A DNA stretch of 64,000 bases from Octopus vulgaris. Its lineage: Eukaryota. Numbering within the stretch: position 1 is the stretch's first letter; the number at the start of each line of letters is the position of its first letter. Shown piece by piece: positions 1-12,661 of the stretch. The position numbers and the translations under genes were made by a program. The notes below the pieces were generated by a model that worked only from the letters and a program-made list of their open reading frames with translations, ran no database searches and had not been told where the DNA came from. The DNA lies in assembly GCA_951406725.2 (NCBI GenBank), contig OX597822.1, positions 15,934,001-15,998,000 on the forward strand. The letters are read 5' to 3'.

Positions 1-319
1 ATGAATTTGAAGTCTGAATGTAGACAGTCGGAAGTAACTCTTCTTTGAGAGACAGATCGCAGATCTTGTGCCATTCTACAGAGCTTAATGTAAGTCAAGA
101 CACGTCATTAGCTTTTCACTTCTAACTCGTCTCTCATGTTTAATCTTTCATTTTTACCATACTGTCTAGCCAGAGAAATTCTTAACAATGAGGGATTACA
201 TAGTAAAATTGACAATCTGGAAATTACTAGAATAAGAATATTCTAGTAATTTTTTCACAATCTTAAAGGCATTAGTGGCGTAAAGCACGTGACATATTGA
301 CTTCAAATTTTGGAGAGAC

Positions 320-483
320 ATTAAGTCTATTACATCATCGCCGTTGTTCAACTGGCACTAATTCTATCGACTCCAGAAGGATAAAAGACAAATCTGACAC
401 CGGTGGAATTTGAACGCATAAACTCCGACGAACTTATACTTAGAATGTTACCCGGTGTGCTAACGATTCTGCTAACGATTCTG
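320..483 (-). mobile_element. Degenerate tRNA-derived SINE, family B (Nin-domain-like)
   Basis: Reverse complement reads CAGAATCGTTAGCACACCGGG...GTTCAAATTCCACCGG...TTTTATCCTTCTGGAGTCGATAGAATTAGTGCCAGTTG, matching the better copy at 30165-30548. Confidence 0.65.
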
Positions 484-2330
484 TCTTAAGTCAATTGAAA
501 TATTGACAACTTAAAACAGAACCTGAATCCCTGACTCACTGGCTCACTTGGACTGTAAAATAACATTTACTTAAGGGCTACTCAAAGGTCAGGCATATTT
601 GTAATGATTTCGACTATTGTGTCATCTGCATTTCATTCTGGAAATCAACTATAAAAGCATAATATTGATATAGTTTCATTGAAACAGAAATACCGCAACC
701 AAACATTTCACTTCAAAGGTAATAAAACGGCATTTGATTCTAAAGCCTTGAATACTAAGCAAACACCATAATTCAAACGGTAATTTTTGGGGCGTGGAGA
801 CTTTTAACGTCATTGGTTTGGAAAGTTTAATATCGTTTCAATAATAAATATTGAATTTAAATTCTACGAATATTATCAATTAGTAATAATGTATGCTTTC
901 CAAAATAATTCATGCTTATACGTGACTATCACATTTATTTTCATTCATGTCTGTGTAAGGCAAATATCAATTTGGTGGGAGAAGAAACAAAGCATCGAAT
1001 TCATTGAAACACGAGTTTGATTTGCAAATGACTGAAGTTATACAAAAATATCTGAAAATTTATTTAAATGTTGATTTAATTCCTTCGATAATAACAAGAA
1101 AACTGGTAAAGTCGAAGTGTATGGAACTAGAAAAATTATATTATATAATATACTTCATAATGTATAATATATGTTATGTAGTTTGTGGGCGTAGAGATGT
1201 TAGCTTGTGGAGTTGTTTGGTAATTCTATTTTTTTGATTCAAAGAAATATGTCAACATGGTACAAGTTATATAACGAGTGTCAGTGTAATAAATTCAACA
1301 TTTTCATACCAAAATATTAAGCAACACTTGCCAACACAAAAAATAACTCATTTATTTGGATTTATTTCCACTCTAACATCAGTAAATCTTCCAGCAAGAT
1401 TTTCACAAGAAAAAATGCATATTCGTCTTCTTCCCCATTTACGTAACATTCCGAAACATCAGAATGTATTCTCACAAAAGGAATATATCAAGAATGAACT
1501 CATCGAAAAATATCATTTTTATTAAACAAGTTCTACATTTCCAACCGTATATACTTTTTTATTTCTTTACCCATCGTAGTTTTCATGGTTTCCTACATTC
1601 TAATGTATTACTGTGTAGCAATATTAGTAACACGTTCCAGCATGTGATTCAAAGCAGCTTTTACTAGCAGATGACTAACAAGATATTGTGCGTATTGAGT
1701 ACTACGTAAAACATTACTTTTGTAGATCCATGCTGTTTTATTATCTACTTTTGTAGATCCATGCGTACGTGTGCATACACACACACATATTTATACGTGC
1801 ATACATGCGTACATACATACACGTATTTACATAAATTTTGTACTCACAAGCGCACATAAATATGAGCACACATGTATTTTTATATATATAAATGCACGTG
1901 TATGTGTGTGTGTGTGTGTGTGAGAGTGAATGAGTGGGTATGTGAGTGCGTTCCTGTGTACGGGTACACATAACACGAAATGCATATTAATGCATATATT
2001 TTGCAACCGAAATGAATTACTTGCAGGAATATTTCAATGAGGACACGTCACTTTTGATTGGCATCAGTTGCTCTGAGAGCCGAAATATTATGAATAAATC
2101 GAACAGGTGATAGCGGTAGACAGAAAGATCAGAGAACGGAGTGGAACAGACAGAGAAAGTGAAAGACAAACGTTGTGTGAATAGGATTCGCTAAATTCCT
2201 ATATTCCTCAAGGTAGGTACTTCTTGCTAACTGAGGAAGTAAAGGATATTATGTATACGAATTTATACATCACACACATTCATTAAACTATATGAACGGT
2301 TTATGAGTTCATCGAGTGAATAAATCATGT

Positions 2331-2711
2331 GATATATATATATATACATATGTATATGTATATATATATATACACATGTATATGTATATATATATACACA
2401 TGTATATGTATATATATATATATACACATGTATATGTATATATATATATATATACACATGTATATGTATATATATATATATATACACATGTATATGTATA
2501 TATATATACATATGTATATGTATATATATATACATATGTATATGTATATATATATACATATGTATATGTATATATATATACATATGTATATGTATATATA
2601 TATACATATGTATATGTATATATATATATATATATATACACATGTATATGTATATATATACATATGTATATGCATATATATATATACACATGTATATGTA
2701 TATATATATAC

Positions 2712-2763
<52 letters not shown>

Positions 2764-2765
2764 CA
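2331..2765. repeat. Compound AT-rich minisatellite with unit about CA(CA)TGTATATG(TA)n
   Basis: About 15 tandem units of CAT(A)TGTATATG followed by variable (TA)n. It is the source of several spurious YI/HM ORFs. Confidence 0.9.
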
Positions 2766-3007
2766 TGCGCACATGGAAAAAAGCCAAAATTCTGTTGACT
2801 AGATTCCCGATTCCAGTACAACGTATTTCTGTAGTGGGTATATAATAATATGTGGAAATTGACGATTTAAAAGTGTTATCAGCATATTGGCATACAAAAT
2901 AATTTTCTTTTGCTCTTGTTTATAAGTTGTTAAGAATTTTAACCTTTAAAGGTATTTTAATATGCTGCCAGTTTTTGATGAAATTTGTTCTGTAAAAAAA
3001 TTCATCC

Positions 3008-3059
<52 letters not shown>

Positions 3060-3100
3060 AGATTTATATAGATAGATAGATAGATACACATATATGTATA

Positions 3101-3300
3101 CTCTTTTACTTGTTTCAGTCATTTGATTGCGGCCATGCTGGATCACCGCCTTTAGTCGAACAAATCAACCCCAGGACTTATTCTTTGTAAGTCTAGCACT
3201 TATTCTATCGGTCTCTTTGCCGAACCGCTAAATTACGGTGAGGTAAACACACCCGCATCGGTTGTCAAGCGATGTTGGGGGGACAGACACAGACACACAA

Positions 3301-3343
<43 letters not shown>

Positions 3344-3532
3344 TATACATATATATATACATATATACGACGGGATTCTTTCAATTTCCGTCTACCAAAT
3401 CCACTCACAAGGCTTTGGTCAACCCGAGGCTATAGTAGAAGACACTTGCCCAAGGTGCTACGTAGTGGGACTGAACCCGGAACCATGTGGTTCTTAAGCA
3501 AGCTACTTACCACACACCCACTCCTACGCCTA
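3101..3532 (-). mobile_element. tRNA-derived SINE, family A, near full length with internal microsatellite
   Basis: Minus-strand head GGCGTAGGAGTGGGTGTGTGGTAAG (A box)...GGTTCAGTCCC (B box), then CORE-like CCTTGGGCAAG, internal (TA)/(TG)n and tail GAAACAAGTAAAAGAG. Low-complexity candidate TSD TATATGTAT at 3091 and 3531. At least 8 related copies occur in the window. Confidence 0.9.
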
Positions 3533-4479
3533 TATGTATGTATATGTTCTAAAAGATAGAGCTCTTTATGTCACAACGCATTAGTATAAAGATTGTAAAT
3601 ACATAGATGATGATAGGGAAAAATACATAGAAAGTTCACACCATACAATTCACACAATCACACGGGGCCTTAAACCTAAATGAAATAAATTACAATGGCT
3701 ATTGAACATGTCCTACTTTGTTTCCAGTTATAATATTCCGATATATCATCCTGGTTACTGACAAGATAAGACTAAAAGGCTGTTTCATCATAACGCATCT
3801 AATTTTCTCAATAAACAAAGCTAATTACTAATTTATCGCTAATTTGAGAAAATTTAAATGTCCAATTCTGTTTCGCATCTTTGCAGGGTGAACAGACAAA
3901 TTAATTGATGAATTCCGGCATTTTCGTTTCCTCAATCAAGCTCAGTTTTGATCAGAGGAGATAAGCATGATGAAAGGTTACCTACCGTTTCTTATCCTGC
4001 ATGAAAGATTAATAGAATATAGAATAGATCTTCTGCAACACACTACACAGAACACTACCACAGATTTTAACGCACAAATTCTGACTGTTCTCATTTAAGC
4101 ATTGCTTCTAGATACATGACGTCATCACAGATTTTATGCTATGATACTGCCTTTAATATTCTAATTATTTTTTTGTAACTAAGGATTTGCCATACATATT
4201 TCACACTTACAGCTTAGAATTCTTTGTTCACTATCCTTCAAGAGAAGAAAGGAAAGGGGGTAAACGAAGAATACGACAACCACCTCAATCAGCCTACCTT
4301 CCAATGTAGCCTCTGCAGTTATGTCTGTTTGTCCCAAATTTGACATCAGTAAGATTGCAACTGAAGTTGTCACTCGCAGACACACACACACACACACATA
4401 CATATCTATATATTTGTGTGTAAATATAAATATACATACATACACGCATGCATACACAAATGAATACATAGATACATAG

Positions 4480-4481
<2 letters not shown>

Positions 4482-4510
<29 letters not shown>

Positions 4511-4528
4511 CATACATACATACATACA

Positions 4529-4558
<30 letters not shown>
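4482..4558. repeat. (TACA)n microsatellite
   Basis: Direct reading. Confidence 0.95.
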
Positions 4559-4560
<2 letters not shown>

Positions 4561-7179
4561 AATAATGTTGTAAGATTTTCGATATGAAAGAATACAACCC
4601 AAACTAGAGCGACACTTTCGAAATAAGTCGTCGATGTGTGTATATTTATATAAAATGACTACAGCAAAAGAAAAGGAAAGCTGTTATTGTCTGGCTTGAT
4701 CCAATGTATAAAGCAGAAACTAACGACAGGAAACCATATATATATATTGCCTTGTTTATTAAATGTTGTTTAGACAGATGAATTATCGTATTAAAGAAGT
4801 TATAGCATTTTAACAATGATTTCTAATCCCATATAAATAATGCCAAATAAGATCTTTGTAAGAATAAAAATAAAGAATGAAACTTCATATAGACGTTAAA
4901 CCGGGCCCAAAACATTATCATCACCAGCAGTTAAGGAAATTATATTATTCGAAGTATCCGGTGGACTGCAAGCTATAAAATTACAGTCATATGTAAGTCC
5001 ATATATACCTCAGACGTATATATAAATATTCAGCATTAAGAAATGCCTCATCAAACAAGACCAATATGGATTTCAGTCAATGTTTCCTCGCAGAAATTAC
5101 GAAATTTCTTCCTGTGGATAATCCCATAAAATATTTTTTATGCGACGAATGTAATGATTCTACATATTACAGCAGAAATAAAATAAATGAAATACAGGAC
5201 GATTTTCAAAGTATTTAGATATAAGAAAAGCCAACTCGGTCATGCAGAAAAACGCCCACTTAAAGGGACCATATTTACATTTTCATAAGTGAAGGTAGCA
5301 TGCTTATTTGTACAAATTTCGCTATTTTCCAAGAATTATCATCAATACATTAGAATGTCTGGCAGAAAATGTATGTTATGTCGTGCATTAGATATTCGCT
5401 TCACCAAATTGTCAAATACAACCGCGTTTGAGTCCAAACATGATATGATGTTTATACACACACGCACACACACGCAGACACACACATGCATACACACTCA
5501 CACACTCAAACACTCACACGCAAATACATAAATACGCATAGAGTGAAAGAGAGAAGAAATAGTTTTATTTCATTGAGTACTTAGAACTTGGAAGATTTAT
5601 CAATTGGAGAACAGCACAGTTTTAGCGTAGCTTTTTCAGAATGTTATATATATATATATATACATAAATATACATGTATGTAGGTGTGTTCGTGAGTAGG
5701 AAGTTTAAATCTCACAAAGTATTTATTGATGGGACAAATGTAGGCTGAAATTGGAGTTAAACATTTACTGTGATTTCTAGTGTCACTGGCGCATTGAACC
5801 TAACACTCTTTTATTACTTATATAGAAAAAATAACGCAAAACGTCATTAAAGGGAGGGAGTGCTTAGGTACTAATGGTACAATTGTTTTTAATATTCCAA
5901 AATGTGTTTTTCATTTATTGGTTTCTGAAATGCGATAAATAGGTTCAACCTTGACGCAGACAAATTGAAATATAGCTGAAAGGTAGAACTGAGTGGAATT
6001 AAATATATTATGAAAAACGGAAGAAAACAATAAAATATATAAATCAACCAATGTTATTTATTCATGTTTTCTTTTCCGTATTAAATTCCGTCTGTTTACG
6101 TCTTCGCTCGCCTGCGTTTGATGCTGTTTATCTCTTGCCTGGATCTATCAAATTTGTGAAATCCTGCCAAGTCTACTTTGTATTTCATTATTTCGATATC
6201 GATAAGATGAAATCGCGGTCAAAGGTAGTGGGGCCAATATTGTCAATAATACTCTCCACTGAAAATGTTATTTGTTCAATTTTATAATTTCTGAATTCAA
6301 ATGCTTATTAGAATTAGATAATGGAGATTACTGAGAAAATAATATTTCAATATGACGGAATGATAACTGTTTGAAAGTATTTTGTTGATGGAGTAAAACT
6401 GGTTAAAATTAGAAACAATTGAGTGTAGAGTTACTAATATGATCTGATTAATTATATGGTGTCTGAAATAAGAACACTCTTGTTGAACGGTGAAGAAACG
6501 TACCGATCGAACAGACACGTAAAGAGTTATCTATTTTCGTATTTTCACAAAAATACGCAACACACAAATATATCATTACAAACAAAGACAATTGTGAATT
6601 TTAACCCTTTGGTAGTTCACAATAAATTTTTTGTCGCTATTGGCTTTCATAAATAAACATAAGGCCTCCACCAATGTTGATTTGTATAAATGAGAAGACT
6701 AGCTAATAGTATATTTCATCTCCATATAATTCGCAGAGTAGTGCAGTGTCATTTCACATTTTCTCTATGAAACAGATTTGAACGAAGAGATATGAAAGAG
6801 TAGAGTTTAAGAGACGAAAAATGTTTCATATTGAAGACAAAATTTATTTACTCCGTCGTTCCGCGAGAAAGAAGAACCAATATTAATTCTTAAAAAATAA
6901 GCACATAAGGATAAAATGATGCGAAAACAACGCTTGCTGCTATTGCTGCTTCGAGGCATCTGGTTTATATGTCGTCAGGAATGTGTCCTCAATCAAGACT
7001 ACGCACGATGGTGGCAAAAAAGTGATTCCTATTTAAACACTGAACTTATAGAAATTCTTCGGAATCAAGACGCGTACAGAAACGAAATAGATAGGGCAAA
7101 GAGTTCAGGCTATCACGATGATTCTCTACGGTTCCTTACTGGATTTTGGTGACTGTAATATAGTTATTGTGGATTCACG

Positions 7180-7400
7180 TAGGATCGTGGTGAGGGTACT
7201 TAGAACTTCATCGTAAGATTGTGGTTTCGATTCTTCGACTAGGAAATGCTTTGTGTTCTTCAGTCAAACAATTCACTTCATATTGCTCCAGTCCACTCAA
7301 ATGTAAAACATGAGTAACCGTACGATGTAGCAATGGGAGGAATATATGCGCCGCATAATTCGAGAAGCTGGCCTTAGCACCTATGGCTCGGTACCTTTAA
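7180..7400 (+). mobile_element. Degenerate tRNA-derived SINE (related to 42076 copy)
   Basis: B-box-like GGTTTCGATTC, then TTGCTCCAGTCCACTCAA...ATGAGTAACC, similar to 42076-42320 and 18135. Confidence 0.55.
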
Positions 7401-8399
7401 TCCTTTTGAATATAGTTATCAGAGGAATAGAGTCAGGGCATACTTGGAACATGTAAAACAGCAAATCACGAGGCTTCCCCTCGATATTCGGCTGAAAAAA
7501 GTAACTACCAAAAAACTGCTCGGGAAGAACCGACGTGGAGTTACGCAAAAACCGCCAACGCGTTACACAAGGAATATCCGATCTATTATTCAGAGTTTAG
7601 AGAGCCTGAACTGTTCATTTACTTCCGTACGTTGAAATTACCAGTCTAAAATCTCCAATAAAGACGTTATACATTTTAAACCACACTTGTTGTTCATTAT
7701 AATTAACATTGTTCGTTCAAAATAAAGAATAAATTCTAAAATATAAGCACTTAGTTTAAAAAAAGAAAACCCTTTCGTGAAATAAGATATTAACATCCTC
7801 GTAAAAACTATTATTATTGTAATTATTTTATTTATTATTGTTTTAGCTAAAATTGTTATTTTCTTAATATTTGTCAGTAATATTATTGAAAATATAATCG
7901 ATTTATAGGTTATTGAAAATAATTAAGAGAACATATGGCACGTTGGATAGGTCTCAGAATGAAAATAGTAATTGTATTTCATGCTGGCAATTTATATATA
8001 AGGGTTAATGAGGTGAGTGTAGTAATGAAAAATCGATTGTTGAATGTTTCACTCAGTTATCTTTATTGTTGTTCTTAAAGATATTACGTGATCTGGGTCA
8101 AATGACTCTTGCATCGAACAATTGAGTCAACAAACTAACGAAATATTTTTCTCGCTATTTCACTTCTATAAATGAACGTATAATGATACAAAACAATAAA
8201 GGGAAAGAATGACTTTCTTTCAATTCGTGGTACCATGGTAAATCGATGGCTAAAAGTTTCAGGAATTCGTTTCGCATCCTCAGTGCCTCCTGTATGATGA
8301 TCACGCTGTGCGAAATCTTGAGCTTCACCGGAGAATTGTGAATAGAAGTAATGGGGGGGGGGGGGCGGAAACAGCAAAGACAACAGCGAGGTTTCTCAT

Positions 8400-8520
8400 G
8401 AAAACTTTGCTTCCAACCATATGATTCAACTCCACTCAATGGTACATTAGGAAAGTGTCTTCTCTTATAGCCCCAGGCCGACCAAGGCCTTGTGTATGAA
8501 TTTCGTAGAGGTTAAATTGA
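8400..8520 (+). mobile_element. SINE family A fragment
   Basis: AAGTGTCTTCTCTTATAGCCCCAGGCCGACCAAGGCCTTGTG matches the family A body. Confidence 0.65.
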
Positions 8521-8592
8521 AATATATAAGTATGCTGTAAAACTAAGACGAAAAAAAAACAATGTTTAAATGAGTTAGAATTTGTTTGTTAC

Positions 8593-9012
8593 ATATTTCA
8601 ACTGCTAAATGGCAAATTCCCAGTAGTTACCGTAGAGAAAATCTGTTAAGGCAAAAAGGTGTAAAACACCGTATCTTATCAGTATCGCCATCTATAAGGA
8701 TTCTCAGATATCGTTATTTCAAGTTCCATAGCGAGGCAACTCTGAACAGATCTTATAGAGTTATAGCTTTATCTAAAGTGCATTCGGTAATTTGCACGAC
8801 ATGGCGGTCTACTGGAGCAAAAACAATCAACGTTGTTGACTGCATTTTAGATAAAGTTATAGCTTTGTAAGATCTGTTCAGAATCGTCTTTTTTAGATAT
8901 TTTCCATTGATAATAGCTAAGGAGCTAGAAATATCGATGGCCAAAGAGAACAGATATGGAAAATTTTGTCTACGGTAACAGCAGTCAGTTTACCTTTTAG
9001 CAGTTGAAATAT
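8593..9012. mobile_element. Fold-back MITE-like element
   Basis: About 50-bp imperfect TIRs (ATATTTCAACTGCTAAATGG...GTTACCGTAGAGAAAAT versus the reverse complement of 8963-9012), plus nested inverted pairs 8708-8732/8916-8940 and 8740-8790/8835-8883. Confidence 0.8.
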
Positions 9013-9058
9013 ATAGACATCATCCGAATTTCATTGTATTAAGTATCCATCACGGTTG

Positions 9059-9127
9059 GTCTTACCAATCGGTTTCGTGTAAAGAGTGTTAACAATCCAA
9101 TTATATAACACTACGCTGATCGGAGAC
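9059..9127 (-). ncRNA. Degenerate type I hammerhead ribozyme motif
   Basis: Minus strand: GTCT-CCGATCA-[long stem II AGTGTTA/TAACACT]-GAAA-CCGATTGG-TA-AGAC. Stems I-III are present but the core deviates from CUGANGA (U4C, G8C). Confidence 0.55.
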
Positions 9128-9163
9128 GACTCTAGTGTATACATACATACATACATACATACA

Positions 9164-9231
<68 letters not shown>

Positions 9232-9233
9232 CA

Positions 9234-10506
9234 AAGGTAGTGGGTAGCGAACTTCTTCACTACTTCAGGGAGTGATGGACCCTGCCTGACACGAGTTCCG
9301 GGCTCAGCTGGCTCCGGCTGACAGTACCCGGTATGGGCCCCTATCCAGGGTTACGGAAAGGAGACAACCTTCAAAGAAATCCGAAGGCGGCTTAGTGTTC
9401 GACTCGACACTCTTCCGGCAGCTCCTGCAACCAAGCTGGTGTCAAACGTAATGCTCTGACGAATGGGCTACCCAGGACTTTCTTATCTCCAGCCCAAAAC
9501 TGGAGAGGACACTTCAGTGCTGCTGTAAAAAGCTGCAGAAACAAAACGGGAGGTAACAGTCACGAGTGATAAGTCCATTCAGATTGGCGTAAAATATGGG
9601 CGCTACGGGTTACCTCTGACGGTGGGAGGGACCTCCGTGTCCTATTGGTTAGCTACTGCTCACCTCAAGCTGGGCAGCCCCCAGTTAATAAGGTGCTGAC
9701 CCGCCACAGGCCGCCTGATTCATTGGGTGCTTGGAGCTAAGAGTATGACTTGAAAAACGGCCTGCAACCTCTGCACCAGGCAAACAACTAAAAGTCAAGA
9801 AACCACCAGTCCCACGAAAATGAAGATCTACCAGGTATGTGTACTTAGAACTCTACTGTATCGAAGTGAGACTTGGACGCTATACACACACCAAGAGCGT
9901 CGCCTAAACATCTTTCACCTGCGCTGCCTCCGGAAAATCCTCCGCATCAAATGGCAGAATCATATCCCCAACAAAGATGTCCTCAAGCAAGCAGGAATAC
10001 CAATCATGTTTGCACTCCTCACACAAAGATGTATGAGATGGCTTGGGCATGTTAGCCGTATGAAAGATGGCAGAATCCCCAAGGACGTACTCTGCGGAGA
10101 GCTTGCTAGGGGTACTAGGTCTGTGGGTAGACCGTTCTTACGTTACAAGGATGTTTGCAAAAGGGACATGAAGGCCTGCAACATCAATATTAGCGGTTGG
10201 GAAGCAGTTGCCGGCAACCGTGGAGATTGGCGACGTACCGTAAGAGAGGGAATACAAAGGAGTGACAGTGAGAGAGAGAGGAGAAATAGAAAGACAAGAA
10301 AAGACATCAATAAGAAACTATGACACTACAACCAGCCAGGAACAGTCTTCGTTACATTTGCGGTACCTGCCAGAGGGAGTGTTTGTCCAGGATAGGACTA
10401 CACAGCCACAGCAGGAAATGTATCAGGACATGAAATGTAAAAGCCGGACTAGACTACTTTATGCGTAATTCCATTGTCTCCCGAGACAAAAAGGATGCCA
10501 ACAACA
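9234..10506 (+). mobile_element. Internally deleted (bipartite) RTE-clade LINE
   Basis: Exact 13-bp TSD ATATATATTATCA at 9221-9233 and 10507-10519, with a (CAA)n tail. About 550 bp of GC-rich 5' region joins near 9812 directly to the post-RT C-terminal coding region. EN and RT domains are absent. Confidence 0.92.
9820..10440 (+). pseudogene. C-terminal part of RTE ORF (post-RT region plus terminal Cys/His motif), frameshifted
   Basis: KIYQVCVLRTLLYRSETW...FHLRCLRKILRIKWQ...RWLGHVSRMKDGRIPKDVLCGEL...GRPFLRYKDVCKRDMK. Another frame gives YICGTCQRECLSRIGLHSHSRKC. All are typical RTE-clade motifs. Confidence 0.9.
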
Positions 10507-10605
10507 ATATATATTATCAGGTGCTAAGTGATCAGCGCGTAATGACTAAAGAAATAGTCGAATATTGAGGTATGCAAGCCCCTCGACGGAAAACAGAAAG
10601 GTTTC

Positions 10606-10672
10606 TGTTCGCTAGGAGTCGAACCCACAGCGTTGTGTTTTCACAAGTTTGGTACCATTACACCAACGTACC
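10606..10672 (-). pseudogene. tRNA-like sequence (pseudogene or SINE head)
   Basis: Minus strand GTACGTTGGTGTAATGGTACC...TTGTGAAAACACAA...GTGGGTTCGACTCCTAGCGAAC has an A box, a B box, acceptor-like and anticodon-like stems, and an abnormal anticodon loop. Confidence 0.65.
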
Positions 10673-10913
10673 CCTGGCTTACATCTGTCAGATTTTAGAG
10701 GTATACTGAGTTCATAGTGTTGTTTTTATAAACAAACATCATGTACATTTTTACTGCGAACTGCAAAAATCGACGTTTTTACAGAATTGAGTTTTTACAA
10801 AATTGTGCGTTTTTACTGAATTCTAAAAATCTAGTTCTTACGAAAAAACCATTGTAGTTCATATTTATTAAATACCAACAATCTGTGAGGGTAGTTTATA
10901 TATGACTTGATAC

Positions 10914-11077
10914 TAGGTGGAGGTGTGGCTGTGAGGTAAAAAGTTTGCTTTTCAACTTCCTGGATCCGGCTTCAGTCCCACTGTGTGCTACCTTAAGCTT
11001 GTGTTTTCTATTATTTCCTTTGGCCGACAAATGTATTGTGCGTGGATTTGTTAGACAGAAACTAAAAGAGGCCCATC

Positions 11078-11139
<62 letters not shown>

Positions 11140-11166
11140 ATACATACATACGAGTGTGTATGTGTC

Positions 11167-11206
<40 letters not shown>

Positions 11207-11405
11207 TTTGTGTGTGTATTCCATCACCACCATTTGACAAATGAAGTTGATGTTTAAGTCCCCATGAATTAGCGGTTCGGCAAAGGTGCCTGATAGAATA
11301 AGTACCAGGCTTAAAGCTGTACTGCGTTCGATTTATTCGACTAAAATTTATTTGAGGTGGTGTCTCATCATGGCCACAGTTCAATATCTCCAACAACAGA
11401 AAGGA
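10914..11405 (+). mobile_element. SINE family A (older copy) with internal (TA)n(GA)n
   Basis: GTGGCTGTGAGGTAA...TTCAGTCCCACTG...GCGGTTCGGCAAAG...GATAGAATAAGTACCAGGCTT...CATGGCCACAGT. Confidence 0.8.
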
Positions 11406-12090
11406 AAACATAAAAATATGCCTGAAACAATAAGAAACATCTGTACAAGTATTCCACTTGTAGGTAGATAACTACTTAATTAATCCCAATCTTGTATATC
11501 ACAGAAATTTACCACAATTAAACTTACAAATAAGGTGAGCATGCTTCAAGCCATAACACGTTATCGATACGCTTTGGGATCATGTGTTCAAATCCGCTAA
11601 AATGTTTATATTTCATCTTTCTACTGTAAGGTAGTTTTCCTGGATAATTGCTCCTTGGAAAATGTTGCCAATTAAAAGATAATTAATATAAAGAGCAACT
11701 ATGGGAAAAGAAATAAATATTAATAAAATCATTTTCTTGTCGTCTGCTTTTCAAAAACTCACCAGTAGTTTGTAATATCTGAATAATTATACGGCTAAAA
11801 TAGCAAAATATGGGCCACGCATAGATATAGCAATTAAAGATGGAAATAATAGCTATTTGCATAATTAAGAATTACAATTATTAGATAATTAATAAATAGT
11901 TTCCATAAATGATTAAAATAATTTATGCATAATTACAAATCATAAATAATGTTATAATATGTCAATAATGCATAGAAGTCTATTAAGTATTATTAGTATT
12001 TATATATAGCGCTTCCGCATAAGTCCGCTGCAAATGATTAAAAGATATTTTCCAGGGAAGAATTTGATAGGGACTTCGTTTATTTTTTAT

Positions 12091-12298
12091 CTTTGACTAG
12101 TTTCGGTCATTAGACAACTGCCATCCTGAAGTATTTTTGTCGAAAGGATGAAATCTCACTACTTAATTTTTTTAAAGCCTGGTACTGATTCTTTTGGTCA
12201 CTTTTTCCGAACCACTAGGTTACGAAGGTGTAAATACACCAACACCGGTTGTCAAGCGATGGTGGGGGACAACAGCACATACAAACAGACAGACGGAT

Positions 12299-12374
<76 letters not shown>

Positions 12375-12448
12375 TCAGACAGGCAGGCAGATTGATCGAT
12401 AGTTAGATAGATAGACAGACATACAGATATACATATATATATATACGT

Positions 12449-12524
<76 letters not shown>

Positions 12525-12661
12525 GACATATTTCAGTTACCGTCTACAAAAATCACGATTCGGGGTTATAGTAGATTTTGCAGAAGATGGCACACAGTGG
12601 GACTGACCCAGGAGCCATGTGGTGGGGAAGCCCACTTCTGAACACACAGCTGCGCCTGCGA
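12091..12661 (-). mobile_element. SINE family A with internal (TAGA)n
   Basis: CCGAACCACTAGGTTACG...CGGTTGTCAAGCGATG...CAGTGGGACTGACCCAGGAGCCATGTGG matches the 3101 copy. Confidence 0.8.

Noticed and set aside
2331-2765. Regular repeat-spacer appearance suggesting CRISPR
   Set aside because: The spacers are only (TA)n, there are no cas genes, and the context is eukaryotic.
2263-2845. Long YI/HM-rich ORFs, and similar ones at 4179, 33844, 55902, 59354 and elsewhere
   Set aside because: Translations of stop-free microsatellites open in several frames and on both strands, so not genes.
3272-3559. Recurrent peptide family (also ORFs 21417, 23131, 38997, 63479)
   Set aside because: Antisense translations of SINE family A, with frames inconsistent between copies.
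11630-12075. Possible decayed TIR pair (CCTTGGAAAAT / ATTTTCCAGGG)
   Set aside because: Match too short and no TSD.
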